From contig NIVC01000124.1 in assembly GCA_002269645.1 (NCBI GenBank), positions 62,001 to 126,000 of the forward strand: a stretch of DNA of 64,000 nt, in the 5' to 3' direction. This document shows, piece by piece, positions 47,451-61,395 of this stretch. This DNA comes from Macrostomum lignano (taxonomy: Eukaryota). Positions within the stretch are counted from its first letter, which is position 1. Every line of letters starts with the position of its first letter. The notes under the pieces were generated by a model, which was not told the origin of the DNA, searched no databases, and saw only the letters and a list, made by a program, of their open reading frames with translations. The position numbers and the translations under genes are program-made.

Positions 47451-48423
47451 CGTGGGGCGTCGCCACCGGGGGGGCATGTCCGTCCCCCCCCCCCCTCAGT
47501 AAAAGCTATGGGGGGCATGCCAATGCTCTGTCCCCCCCACCCCCACTTTGTGGGAATCAATAGTTAGTATTGCTTCAAGGCGCCAAAATGAGTGCCTGCG
47601 GTGCCGAAATGAGTGTCTGCCTGCGGCGCCAAAATGAGTGCCTACGGCGCCAAAATGAGTGCCTGCCTGCGGCGCCGAAATGAGTGCCTGCCTGCGGCGC
47701 TAAAATGAGTGCCTGCGGCGCCAAAATGAGAGCCTGCCTGTGGCGCCAAAATGAGTGCCTGCCTGCGGCGCCAAAATGAGTGCCTGCCTGCGGCGCCGAA
47801 ATGAGTGCCTGCCTGCGGCGCTAAAATGAGTGCCTGCGGCGCCAAAATGAGTGCCTGCCTGTGGCGCCAAAATGAGTGCCTGCCTGCGGCGCCAAAATGA
47901 GTGCCTGCAGCGCCAAAATGAGTACCTGCGGCGCCAAAATGAGTGCCCGCGGCGCCAAAATTAGTGTCTGCGGCGCCAAAATGAGTGCCTGCGGCGCCAA
48001 AATGAGTGCCTGCGGCGCCAAAATGAGTGCCTGCCTGCGGCGCCAAAATTAGTGTCTGCCTGCGGCGCCAAAATTAGTGTCTGCGGCGCCAAAATGAGTG
48101 CCTGCGGCGCCAAAATGAGTGCCTTCGGCGCCAAAATTAGTGTCTGCGGCGCCAAAATGAGTGCCTGCGGCGCCAAAATGAGTGCCTGCGGCGCCAAAAT
48201 GAGTGCCTGCGGCGCCAAAATGAGTGTCTGTCTGTGGCGCCAAAATGAGTGCCTGCGGCGCTAAAATGAGTGCCAGCGGCGCCAAAATGAGTGCCTGCGG
48301 CGCTAAAATGAGCGCTAACAACACCGATTCTCAAAATAATGTACATGTAGGAATTTAGCCCTGTACATTAAGAGATTCGTTGGCTTTTCGACCCCCACCA
48401 TAAAATCCATGGCGACGCCCCTG
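47451..48423. mobile_element. hAT-like MITE carrying the GGCGCC minisatellite (copy 2 of the 7644-9123 family)
   Basis: Same 5' module (ggggcgtcgccacc...agtaaaagctatg...catgccaatgct) and same 3' end (cccccaccataaaa.ccatggcgacgcccctg). 21- and 25-bp units. Flanks tatgcaat / gatgcact match 6/8. Confidence 0.8.
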
Positions 48424-49120
48424 GATGCACTTATATCCAAAAGTAAATTTAATTCACTGTTCTCTTGAATAGCTACGTTGTTTTAGTTACAAAAATCAGT
48501 CACGCAGTTCCAAGGCTCGACTTTCTGGCAGTAAACTAAATCGACCTGAAAAGGATTAAGGGTTTGATTTTCATATTTTTGTTAAATACATTAATTTAGC
48601 ATCTAAATACATTGTAGCCGTAAACAGCATTTTAATGGCTATTAAAATTATCAAGTAGCTTAAAATAGTTTCGGCAACGCGTACATCGCTCTAAAAAGGT
48701 TCTTAACTTAACTCAAAGTTGGCCTGGCGCAAATTGCAATTGTATGCTTAATGTCCATAAACCGTATACAAGCATTAAATAATTTCTGTAATTTATTGAC
48801 ATGAAACCTCGATCTAAATAGCTTCAATTTCGGTTGCAAATAAGTGCTAATATTATCGCAGCATTCGATCGTCTATTTAATTCAATACAGCAACTTACAC
48901 CGCCGTCTGCTGTTGCTAACCTTAGTGTGGTTAAAATTCTCTTTTTAGCAACGTTTTGGCTATATTCGACCATCAGACTGACCGTGAATGAAATCAGAAT
49001 TGTGATTGCATCTCCATTCTAAAGTAGTACGCAGTAGGTACTTTAGTGGCCTCCATTGCCTGCTACCTAATATAGCGCTGCCACCTGCCCTGGTTTAGAA
49101 TATTTACAGTTGCCACAAGT

Positions 49121-50070
49121 GAGCGGAGAGGCAGATTCTCACTGACTGAGTGAGCGGAGAGGCAGATTCTCAGTGACTGAGTGAGCGGAGAGGCAGATTC
49201 TCAATGACTGAGTGAGCAGAGAGGCAGATTCTCAATGACTGAGTGATCGGAGAAGCAGATTCTCAATGACTGAGTGATCGGAGAGGCAGATTCTCAGTGA
49301 CTGAGTGAGCGGAGAGGCAGATTTTCAATGACTGAGTTGAGCGGAGAGGCAGATTCTCAATGACTGAGTGAGCGGAGAGGCAGATTCTCACTGACTGAGT
49401 GAGCGGAGAGGCAGATTCTCAATGACTGAGTTGAGCGGAGAGGCAGATTCTCAATGACTGAGTGAGCGGAGAGGCAGATTCTCAATGACTGAGTGAGCGG
49501 AGAGACAGATTCTCAATGACTGAGTTGAGCGGAGAGGCAGATTCTCAATGACTGAGTGAGCGGAGAGGCAGATTCTCAATGACTGAGTTGAGCGGAGAGG
49601 CAGATTCTCACTGACTGAGTGAGCGGAGAGGCAGATTCTCACTGACTGAGTGAGCGGAGAGGCAGATTCTCAATGACTGAGTTGAGCGGAGAGGCAGATT
49701 CTCACTGACTGAGTGAGCGGAGAGGCAGATTCTCACTGACTGAGTGAGCGGAGAGGCAGATTCTCACTGACTGAGTGAGCGGAGAGGCAGATTCTCACTG
49801 ACTGAGTGAGCGGAGAGGCAGATTCTCACTGACTGAGTGAGCGGAGAGGCAGATTCTCACTGACTGAGTGAGCGGAGAAGCAGATTCTCACTGACTGAGT
49901 TGAGCGGAGAGGCAGATTCTCACTGACTGAGTGAGCGGAGAGGCAGATTCTCACTGACTGAGTGAGCGGAGAGGCAGATTCTCAATGACTGAGTTGAGCG
50001 GAGAGGCAGATTCTCACTGACTGAGTGAGCGGAGAGGCAGATTCTCACTGACTGAGTGAGCGGAGAGGCA
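49121..50070. repeat. 31-bp minisatellite (gagtgagcggagaggcagattctcactgact)
   Basis: About 30 copies. Confidence 0.96.
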
Positions 50071-50160
50071 GTGTTTAAAAGATTTTAGAAAGTTGCGTCA
50101 AATGTACATGTAAGATTGGGAAACCAATAATTACACAATAGGGCTCAAATTCTGACAAAC

Positions 50161-52305
50161 TCACCCACTAGATAACGACGCCCCCGCCGCAGCGCAACAG
50201 ACCGCTGTGTGCACCTTCTGCGTCCTCGACTGGCAGAAGCCTTTGCCGCAGACGGGACAAACGTACGGTTTGTTCTTGCTGTGCACGTAGCTGTGATCGC
50301 GCAGATGGTCGCGACGACGGAACGCTTTGCCGCACACGTCGCAAGGAAATGGCCGTTCGTCTGTGTGAGTGCGCTCGTGGATGAGCTGGTTGTAGGACTT
50401 CGTGAACCGGCGGCTGCAGTGACGGCACACGTATTCTTTGCGGCTTCTGGGAATGGGAATTGACGCATTTATCAGGTTTGATCATTGGTTTTGGGTTTGG
50501 TGTTAGTAGCAATTGTTAACTGCCAAGTTTAAAGATGCAAACCAACCACTAGGCTACGATTCCACAGAAGTCAGCACAAAACCCTACATTAGTGCCCATC
50601 AGAAATCAGTGAATGACTTCTAAATCTTCAGAACTCATTGGATGATCTCCGATACATCAGAAGTCAATGGATGATCTCCGTTTCTTTAGAGGCCATTGGA
50701 TGATCTCCGGTTCTTCAGAACTCATTGGATGACCTCCGGCTCCTCAGAAGTCATTGGATGACCACCGATTCTTCAGAAGTCAACGAATGACCTCCGGCTC
50801 CTCAGAAGTCATTGGATGATCTCCGTTTCTTTAGAGGCCATTGGATGATCTCCGGTTCTTCAGAACTCATTGGATGACCTCCGGCTCCTCAGAAGTCATT
50901 GGATGACCACCGATTCTTCAGAAGTCAACGAATGACCTCCGGCTCCTCAGAAGTCATTGGATGATCTCCAATTCTTTAGAAGTCATTGGATGACCTCCGA
51001 TTCTTCAGAACTCATTGGATGACCTCCGGCTCCTCAGAAGTCATTGGATGACCACCGATTCTTCAGAAGTCAACGAATGACCTCCGGCTCCTCAGAAGTC
51101 ATTGGATGATCTCCGTTTCTTTAGAGGCCATTGGATGATCTCCGGTTCTTCAGAACTCATTGGATGACCTCCGGCTCCTCAGAAGTCATTGGATGACCAC
51201 CGATTCTTCAGAAGTCAACGAATGACCTCCGGCTCCTCAGAAGTCATTGGATGATCTCCAATTCTTTAGAAGTCATTGGATGACCTCCGATTCTTCAGAA
51301 CTCATTGGATGACCTCCGGCTCCTCAGAAGTCATTGGATGACCACCGATTCTTCAGAAGTCAACGAATGACCTCCGGCTCCTCAGAAGTCATTGGATGAT
51401 CTCCGTTTCTTTAGAGGCCATTGGATGATCTCCGGTTCTTCAGAACTCATTGGATGACCTCCGGCTCCTCAGAAGTCATTGGATGACCACCGATTCTTCA
51501 GAAGTCAACGAATGACCTCCGGCTCCTCAGAAGTCATTGGATGATCTCCAATTCTTTAGAAGTCATTGGATGATCTCCGGTTCTTCAGAACTCATTGGAT
51601 GACCTCCGGCTCCTCAGAAGTCATTGGATGACCACCGATTCTTCAGAAGTCAACGAATGACCTCCGGCTCCTCAGAAGTCATTGGATGATCTCCAATTCT
51701 TCAGAAGTCATTGGATGACCACCGATTCTTCAGAACTCATTGGATGACCCCAGATTCTTCAGAACTCATTGGATGACCCCAGATTCTTCAGAACTCATTG
51801 GATGATCTCTGGTTCTTCGGAAGTCATTGGATGACCTCCAGTTCTTCGGAAGTCATTGGATGACCTCAGATTCTTCAAAAGTCATTGGATGACCTCCAAA
51901 TCTTCCAGGGTGGTTTGCTTCTATTTAGGTCCTCAGCATATTCACGGTTCCCCTCTTACTTGATCTTCCAAACCCTTCCCACTTGATCCCAGATTTCCCA
52001 GACTCAATTTACCTTCCGCGAGGTTTTTTAACCAAACCGGTGTCCAACAACGGTTGTTGCGGCCGCGGCAGCTGAGCTGATGACGATGTTGAAGACGATG
52101 AGCTAGACGTATCGACGCTTTTTACAGACTCGCTGCAAGACTGAGCCAGCCGACTAAAATCAAATCGTTTTGAAGGCTGTTGATGCCACTGATGCTGCCG
52201 CAATTCTGGCTGCATCAACTGATGAAGCTGGGGCATCTGCGCATTGGAACTCATCAGAGGTAAATACTGCTGCCAAAATCTCAGGTAGGTTGACAACAGC
52301 TGCAT
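50161..52305 (-). CDS. Odd-skipped family C2H2 zinc-finger transcription factor (Osr/odd-like); exons 52305(ATG; or acceptor at 52358)-52013 and 50446-50161
   Basis: [74 protein letters not shown] is the odd-skipped finger array. KRFDFSRLA resembles the Osr 'RFDFANLA' motif. The phase-2 GT-AG intron joins PRGR|SRKEY. Confidence 0.9.
50620..51905. repeat. 29-bp minisatellite with 145/290-bp higher-order repeats in the odd-skipped intron
   Basis: The variant 'gaggccattgg' recurs at about 50691, 50836, 51126 and 51416 (spacings 145, 290, 290). Confidence 0.93.
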
Positions 52306-52797
52306 GTCAGTCGACGAGATCAGTGGCGGTGGAGTCGGGAGCGCTTTTGGATGTTTATCTGCAGAAATTTTATTATAGAATTTTTTTAACTTCAGCAAGT
52401 TTAATTTTACTACATCCTTCTCTTGTATCCTTCAGCTACGGCTACCGCCCCCAGCTCTCGCGCTATCTGTCTGACTAATACTCGAAAAATGTTTCTGTTT
52501 TTAATCTTGAAGCAATAAAACAACTGGACAGTATAGTGAGCACAGGAGTGTAATACGGACGAAAATTGTATACAGCGGAATTTTTGCGTCATGAGTCATT
52601 GTGGGGGACCACTGGTGTTCATTTCTAATACGTCGTAATAAGGACAGCATTTAGCTAATTCGTTTTGACAACTCAGTATCAAATATTTGAACTGTTTACA
52701 GGTGCCCAGCGCTTGCTTGTAAAAATTGATGAGAAGATTGTTTATTAAATTAATGTTTTTTACAGTGGCATATGAAGGATAGTAAAGGGCAAGGACG

Positions 52798-54250
52798 GAG
52801 TGAGTTTATGAGTGAGTTTATGTGTGAGTTCATGAATGAGTTCATGGATAAGTCCATGAGCAAGTTCATAAATGAGTCCATGAGCAAGTTCATGAATGAG
52901 TCCATGAGCAAGTTCATAAATGAGTCCATGAGCAAGTTCATGAATGAGTCCATGAGCAAGTTCATGAATGAGTCCATGTGCAGGTTCATGAATGAGTCCA
53001 TGAGCAGGTTCATGAATGAGTCCATGTGCAGGTTCATGAATCAGTCCATGAGCAGGTTCATGAATGAGTCCATGAGCAAGTTCATAAATGAGTCCATGAG
53101 CAAGTTCATGAATGAGTCCATGAGCAGGTTCATGAATGAGTCCATGAGCAAGTTCATAAATGAGTCCATGAGCAAGTTCATGAATGAGTCCATGAGCAAG
53201 TTCATGAATGAGTCCATGAGCAAGTTCATGAATGAGTCCATGAGCAGGTTCATGAATAAGTCCATGAGCAAGTTCATGAATGAGTCCATGAGCAGGTTCA
53301 TGAATGAGTCCATGAGCAGGTTCATGAATGAGTCCATGAGCAAGTTCATGAATGAGTCCATGAGCAAGTTCATGAATGAGTCCATGAGCAGGTTCATGAA
53401 TGAGTCCATGAGCGAGTTCATGAATGAGTCCATGAGCAGGTTCATGAATGAGTCCATGAGCAAGTTCATGAATGAGTGAGTTAGTTCACGAGTGACTTTA
53501 TGAGTGAGTTTATGTGTGAGTTTATGTGTGAGTTCATGAATGAGTTCATTGATAAGTCCATGAGCAAGTTCATGAATGAGTCCATGAGAAAGTTCATGAA
53601 TGAGTGAGTTAGTTCACGAGTGACTTTATGAGTGAGTTTATGAGTGAGTTCATGAATGAGTTTATGAGTGAGTTCATGAGTGAGTTTACAATTGAGTTCA
53701 TGAGTGAGTTCATGAGTGTGTTCATGAGTGAGTTCATAAGTGAGTTCATGAGTGAGTTCATGAGTGATTTCATGAGTTAGTTCATGAGTGAGTTCATGAG
53801 TGAGTTCATGAGTGAGTTCATGAGTGAGTTCATGAGTGAGTTCATGAGTGAGTTCATGAGTGAGTTCATGAGTGAGTTCATGAGTGATTCCATGAGTGAG
53901 TTCATGAGTGAGTTCATGAGTGAGTTCATGAGTGTGTTCATGAGTGAGTTCATAAGTGAGTTCATGAGTGAGTTCATGAGTGAGTTCATGAGTGAGTTCA
54001 TGAGTGAGTTCATGAGTGAGTTCATGAGTGAGTTCATGAGTGAGTTCATGAGTGAGTTCATGAGTGAGTTCATGAGTAAGTTCATGAGTGAGTTCATGAT
54101 TGAGTTCATGAGTGAGTTCATGAGTGAGTTCATGAGTGAGTTCATGAGTGAGTTCATGAGTGAGTTCATGAGTGAGTTCATGAGTGAGTTCATGAGTGAG
54201 TTCATGAGTGAGTTCATGAGTGAGTTCATGAGTGAGTTCATGAGTGAGTC
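52798..54250. repeat. 12/24-bp TCATGA minisatellite (catgaatgagtccatgagcaagtt, then catgagtgagtt)
   Basis: Direct observation. Confidence 0.96.
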
Positions 54251-54767
54251 CATTCAAACATATTTTTAATAAGATTCTCTTACCAGCCAATTGATCGACT
54301 TCATCGCTAAGATTTTTCCCTCGTTCGGGAGCCATTTTTTGTTTATTTATAATCAAATTAGCTTATAATGATTCCTCTCTGGAGGATAACTTGCTAACTT
54401 CTCTGCTCCCTTCTCTACAATATAAAATCTTACAAAGTTTTCCTGAAATGTTCTCTCTTAAACACTTTGGGGGCAAAGTTAATTTAGCAATTCGAGAATA
54501 GTTTGTCTAACCGTATCTGAGTGGTCACCAGCTCCTCGAGCCCAAACAACTTCTAGCCAATGAGAATTACGGGTTAATGTTTGGCAATTTTATTCACAAC
54601 TCCGGGCGTTTTCTAACTGAAGTATTTGTTCAACCATGAAGGAAAGGGTCCAATTTAGTTAAACCAAGGACCTCTTTCGTTAATTTTTTATTCTGCTAAA
54701 TATCTCTTTGAAAAAAAACATTTGTTTTTAATCAAATTATTGACAAGTCACACACTTAAAATTTTGG

Positions 54768-55520
54768 GTGACACAATTCGGATTCAGAGTGACACAATTG
54801 AGATTCAGAGTGACACAATTGAGATTCAGAGTGACACAATTGAGATTCAGAGTGACACAATTGAGATTCAGAGTGACACAATTGAGATTCAGAGTGACAC
54901 AATTGAGATTCAGAGTAACACAATGGAGATTCAGCTACAGTGACACAATTTAGATATAAAGTGACACAATTCGGAGTCAGAGTGACACAATTCAGATTCA
55001 GAGGGACACAATTTAGATTGAGAGTGACACATTTCGGATTAAAAGTGACGCAATTCAGATTCAGAGTGACACAATTCAGATTGAGAGTGACACATTTCGG
55101 ATTCAAAGTGACACAATTCAGATTCAGAGTGACGCACTTCAAATTTAGAGTGAAACGATTCGGATTCAGAGTGACACGATTCGGATTCAGAGTAATACTT
55201 TTCGGATTCAAAGTGACACAATTCAGATTCAGAGTGACGCAATTCAGATTCAGAATGACACAATTCAGATTCAGAGTGACACTTTTCGGATTCAAAGTGA
55301 CACATTTCGGAGTCAGAGTGACAAAATTCAGATTCAGAGTGACACAATTCAAATTCAGAGTGACCCAATTCAGATTCAGAGTGACACATTTCGGAGTCAG
55401 AGTGACAAAATTCAGATTCAGAGCGACACAATTCAGATTCAGAGTGACACATTTCGGAGTCAGAGTGACAAAATTCAGATTCAGAGCGACACAATTCAGA
55501 TTCAGAGTGACACATATCAG
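54768..55520. repeat. 21-bp minisatellite (gtgacacaattcagattcaga)
   Basis: Direct observation. Confidence 0.93.
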
Positions 55521-56257
55521 ATTTGGAGTGAAATTTATCTGCTCCGATGGCAGTTATCCCTCAGATTGATCTTTAAAATTTTGTTTGAATTTGGCGATTT
55601 AAAAACAACTGGGGGGGGGGAATTTTGCAACTCGGCTGCTGTAAATACATTTATTATACAGGTTACTGAAAGTAGCACCATTTGATTTCTACGTGTAAAA
55701 ACTGTTGCTGGTCAGCGAAAAGGGCTTTTCAGAAGTTCAGAAGTTGGTGTAAGTCACCTGAGCTCACTTTTAAGCAGAAGAGAGACTCAAAGTTTTCAAT
55801 AGGACCTGAGCGTACTGCCTTCTCCTTTTTCTTGGCCTAATTCTGTTAAGCAGGAATTCTTGTTGATAAAATGGTCTCAAACGCGTTCTCGCCGCACGCG
55901 CAACGTTGGCAGTTCTCTCCATCAATCAAAATCGCTTGAGTTGGGAATTGGGATGCTGGGTCTCCTCTCGTCTCCTTTTCTCTCTTCTCTACTCCAATCC
56001 TATTCTCTGGCCTAGCTCAGAATCGGCTGCATGAGTGCATGTGCTCATGATGGTCTTTGATAAACCACAGTTAGTGGGCTGGACTGACTTCTTGGGGTGT
56101 GTGCATGTGTGTGTGCGTGTGTTTACAACATTACACTTGATTTAACATGTAGTTTTAGAAAGTGAGAAATAAACTAAGAAGTGTAAATGTAGAAAATGTG
56201 GATGGCTTAGGTCGTCATAGATGACGTCATGGACAGTTCTAGGTCATCACAGTTCAA

Positions 56258-57420
56258 GGACAGATTTGTTCATGAGGCAGTTTTGGGTCATAGACAGATG
56301 TGTTCATGAGGCAGTTTTGGGTCATAGACAGATTTGTTCATGAGGCAGTTTTGGATCATAGACAGATTTGTTCATGAGGCAGTTTTGGGTCATAGACAGA
56401 TTTGTTCATGAGGCAGTTTTGGGTCATAGACAGATTTGTTCATGAGGCAGTTTTGGGTCATAGACAGATATGTTCATGAGGCAGTTTTGGGTCATAGACA
56501 GATTTGTTCATGAGGCAGTTTTGGGTCATAGACAGATATGTTCATGTGGCAGTTTTGGGTCATAGACAGATTTGTTCATGAGGCAGTTTTGGGTCATAGA
56601 CAGATTTGTTCATGAGGCAGTTTTGGGTCATAGACAGATATGTTCATGAGGCAGTTTTGGGTCATAGACAGATTTGTTCATGAGGCAGTTTTGGGTCATA
56701 GACAGATTTGTTCATGAGGCAGTTTTGGATCATAGACAGATTTGTTCATGAGGCAGTTTTGGGTCATAGACAGATTTGTTCATCAGGCAGTTTTGGGTCA
56801 TAGACAGATGTGTTCATGAGGCAGTTTTGGGTCATAGACAGATTTGTTCATGAGGCAGTTTTGGATCATAGACAGATTTGTTCATGAGGCAGTTTTGGGT
56901 CATAGACAGATTTGTTCATGAGGCAGTTTTGGGTCATAGACAGATTTGTTCATGAGGCAGTTTTGGGTCATAGACAGATATGTTCATGAGGCAGTTTTGG
57001 GTCATAGACAGATTTGTTCATGAGGCAGTTTTGGGTCATAGACAGATATGTTCATGTGGCAGTTTTGGGTCATAGACAGATTTGTTCATGAGGCAGTTTT
57101 GGGTCATAGACAGATTTGTTCATGAGGCAGTTTTGGGTCATAGACAGATTTGTTCATGAGGCAGTTTTGGGTCATAGACGGATATGTTCATGAGGCAGTT
57201 TTGGGTCATAGACAGATTTGTTCATCAGGCAGTTTTGGGTCATAGACAGATTTGTTCATGAGGCAGTTTTGGGTCATAGACAGATTTGTTCATGAGGCAG
57301 TTTTGGGTCATAGACAGATTTGTTCATGAGGCAGTTTTGGGTCATAGACAGATTTGTTCATGAGGCAGTTTTGGGTCATAGACAGAGTTGTTCATGAGGC
57401 AGTTTTGGGTCATTGACAGA
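56258..57420. repeat. 34-bp minisatellite (gacagatttgttcatgaggcagttttgggtcata)
   Basis: About 34 copies. The variant 'tatgttcatgtggc' recurs 510 bp (15 units) apart. Confidence 0.96.
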
Positions 57421-58284
57421 TAGAGAATAGTATTCATCAAAATAAGCCAAGGTCCATGGGGTCATAATCCTACTATATCCTACTATATACATAAATAATA
57501 ACAGTAAAATGCTGTTGTTATTTTAAAAATTACATCGGGCCACTTTTGCGGGCCTGGCTGAATAATAAGGTCATAAATCTTGAACGATACTAGTATAGGT
57601 ACTGCCTGAGTACAGCTCTACCCTGCGCACTACGTTAACACAGACAGGAGTGTTCGCCCAGAGCTATACATACTGTCAGGTTTTTGTCTTTCCGTCCCTC
57701 TTGTCGAGTTTTTGAGTTCAGCACTATACTATAAGCTGCTAGTGCAGTCCCCCCCCTAACCCTTGTAACTAGCCAATGGTTAGGCTGCACACTAAGCAAG
57801 ATTGTTAGCCATGTGAGATCGAAATTATTTGTACATTTTCAGCCTAACCCACCCCCGCCCCCTCGGCCGGCAGTGAAAAACTACAGCGACTAGGCGAATA
57901 GCTGCGGGCTAAATAGCAATATCCAGCACAGAAGCGAAGGCTACAGAGAGAAGAAAAGGAAAGAGAGGCTTCCAAATTGGTTCATAATCACAGCCACCGC
58001 TTTGAAGAGAAAACAGCATAGGCCATACTACTAATCTCATTTCGACAAGCAGCTAGTCCTGCTTATTGAACGATTCTAAATAATATTAGTTTCATTGGCA
58101 ATCCATCTAATTAATCAATCTGTTATACCAGCTAATTTTTTTTGTTATTCTGGCTGACTGTTGCAGTGGAATTTAGGCTAAGCACATTGTGCACTTCGGA
58201 ATTCGTTAAGCGGGCAAAGCTTACAACAGGTAAGTGTTGTTTCCAGTTGATTTGCGGAAGTGCTCAGTCACTTGCGTTAACATT

Positions 58285-59762
58285 CATCAACTCACTCATG
58301 AACTCACTCATGAACTCACTCATAAACTCAGTTATGAATTCACACATGAACTCACTCATGAATTCACTCATGAACTCACTCATGAACTCACTCATAAACT
58401 CAGTTATGAATTCACACATGAACTCACTCATGAACTCACTCATGAACTCACTCATGAACTCACTCTAAACTCACTCATGAACTCACTTTAAACTCACTTA
58501 CGAGCATGAACTCACTCATGGACTCACTCATGAACTCAGTTATGAATTCACACATGAACTCACTCATGAATTCACTCATGAACTCAATCATGAACTCACT
58601 CATGAACTCACTCATGAACTTACTCATGAACTCACTCATGAACTCACTCATGAACTCACTCATGAACTCACTCATAAACTCAGTCATGAACTCACTCATG
58701 AACTCACTCACGAACTCACTCATGAACTCACTCATGAACTCACTCATAAACTCAGTTATGAACTCACACATGAACTCACTCATGAACTCACTCATGAACT
58801 CAATCATGAACTCACTCATGAGCTCACTCATGAAGTCACTCATGAACTCACTCATGAACTCACTCATGAACTCAGTCATGAACTCACTCGTGAACTCACT
58901 CATGAACTCACTCATGAACTCACTCATGAACTCACTCATGAACTCACTTTAAACTCACTCATGAACTCACTTTAAACTCACTTACGAGCATGAACTCACT
59001 CATGGACTCACTCATGAACTCAGTTATGAATTCACACATGAACTCACTCATGAATTCACTCATGAACTCAATCATGAACTCACTCATGAACTCACTCATG
59101 AACTTACTCATGAACTCACTCATGAACTCACTCATGAACTCACTTTAAACTCACTCATGAACTCACTTTAAACTCACTTACGAGCATGAACTCACTCATG
59201 GACTCACTCATGAACTCAGTTATGAATTCACACATGAACTCACTCATGAATTCACTCATGAACTCAATCATGAACTCACTCATGAACTCACTCATGAACT
59301 TACTCATGAACTCACTCATGAACTCACTCATGAACTTACTCATGAACTCACTCATGAACTCACTCATGAACTCACTCATAAACTCAGTCATGAACTCACT
59401 CATGAACTCACTCACGAACTCACTCATGAACTCACTCATGAACTCACTCATGAACTCACTCATGAACTCACTCGTGAACTCACTCATGAACTCACTCATG
59501 AACTCACTCATGAACTCACTCGTGAACTCACTCATGAACTCACTCATGAACTCACTCATGAACTCACTCGTGAACTCACTCATGAACTCACTCACGAACT
59601 CACTCATGAACTCACTCATGAACTCACTCATGAACTCACTCATGAACTCACTCGTGAACTCACTCATGAACTCACTCATGAACTCACTCATGAACTCACC
59701 CATGAACTCACTCATAAACTCAGTTATGAATTCACTCATAAACTCACTCATGAACTCACCCA
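58285..59762. repeat. 12-bp minisatellite (catgaactcact), reverse complement of the 53700-54250 unit
   Basis: Direct observation, with internal block duplications (e.g. 'ttacgagcatg' three times). Confidence 0.96.
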
Positions 59763-60147
59763 TCAACAGTGCTCATATTGTATTGCCCTTACAAGATTAG
59801 TTGATTTAATTGAAAAAATTGCCACCAAAGGGTCGCAAGAACTGTACTCTCACCAACCGGCATAGCTGCAGTGTGCGCATCAACCACTGGCTGAGCGGCG
59901 CTCCACCACACAGCATCCTCATCCTCTTTATTTGCTGATGAGGCGCGTACAGATGAGAAACAGACAGAAATAAACAGAGATCCCTGAGACGTACTTCACT
60001 CCCTATATATATACATAATCCCTCAACTCAGCCAGGCACATTACGGACAATAGCCGTGCAACTGAATTAAGATAATGAAGATACTCACCTGCCTCCTTCA
60101 TCACCATTGAACTAATAATTATAATTATACAGAGCGAAGCCGAACTC

Positions 60148-61323
60148 ATGGAGGTGCTACTCGCACTGCTGCCGGCTCCCGTGTACTACGCCGTGATTGC
60201 CGGGTTTCTGCTCACCTGCCTGCAGCTCTTCGGTCCGGACATCTGCTGGGCGCTGAGCTGCCTGTGGGAGCGGAGCGAGAGGCTTGGCATTCGACATCGT
60301 GTGCACACTGGGACAGGTGCGAATGACGAATGGGAGATTAGGGATGACTGGCGGTGCTGATTAAGGGTAAACATGGGTGATAACAGGGATTACAGGGGAT
60401 TTTAACCTTGAATGATAAGGGCTGCAAACTTGGGATGGCAGCGACAACATGAAGAAGGATTTCAACTGAAGTGCTGACATGGCTTCTAACAGGGGTGCTA
60501 ACAGGGGATTCTAACAGTGGATTCTAACAAGGGTGCTAACAGGGGATTCTAACAGGGGTGCTAACAGGGGATTCTAACAGGGGTGCTAACAGGGGATTCT
60601 AACAGTGGATTCTAACAGGGGTGATAACAGGGGATTCTAACAGTGGATTCTAACAGGGGTGCTAACAGGGGATTCTAACAGTGGATTCTAACAGGGGTGC
60701 TAACAGGGGATTCTAACAGTGGATTCTAACAGGGGTGCTAACAGGGGATTCTAACAGTGGATTCTAACAGGGGTGCTAACAGGGGATTCTAACAGTGGAT
60801 TCTAACAAGGATGCTAACAGGGGATTCAAACAGGGGATTCTAACAGGGGTGCTAACAGTGAATTCTAACAGTGAATTCTAACAGTGAATTCTAACAGGGT
60901 ATTCTAACAGGGGTGGTAACAACATAATCCCAAAATTAATCCTAGTACCCTGAAATTCAAAAATAATTGTATTAGTTACCAGAATATAAGTAGAATATCT
61001 AGCAACTATATACAATTTTTAACAACCCGATCAAGCATCAGCAGATCCGTCACCTCTTATCTCCTCACTGACCGCTGGTGTTCCCCCCAGAACAGACAAA
61101 CATAGCGCTAAAAATTTCAATTTATCTTCTTACGAGCTAAATTCCTAATCTTGGTTTTGCAGCCTTTGTAGCGAGGGTCGGAAGGCTAATTATAGGTCAA
61201 GTGGGCAACCTCTGAGCATAAAGTGCGCACATAAAGAGACGAGAGAGTTTGTCAGTGGGTTGAGCTCGAGCCTAACGCTGCCGCAACAGCAGCAATCGCA
61301 GAGCAATTTCGGACACTGCAGAA

Positions 61324-61395
<72 letters not shown>

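Noticed and set aside
52750-59800. MSEF / MNSL / THEL repeat ORFs
   Set aside because: Translation of 12- and 24-bp arrays.
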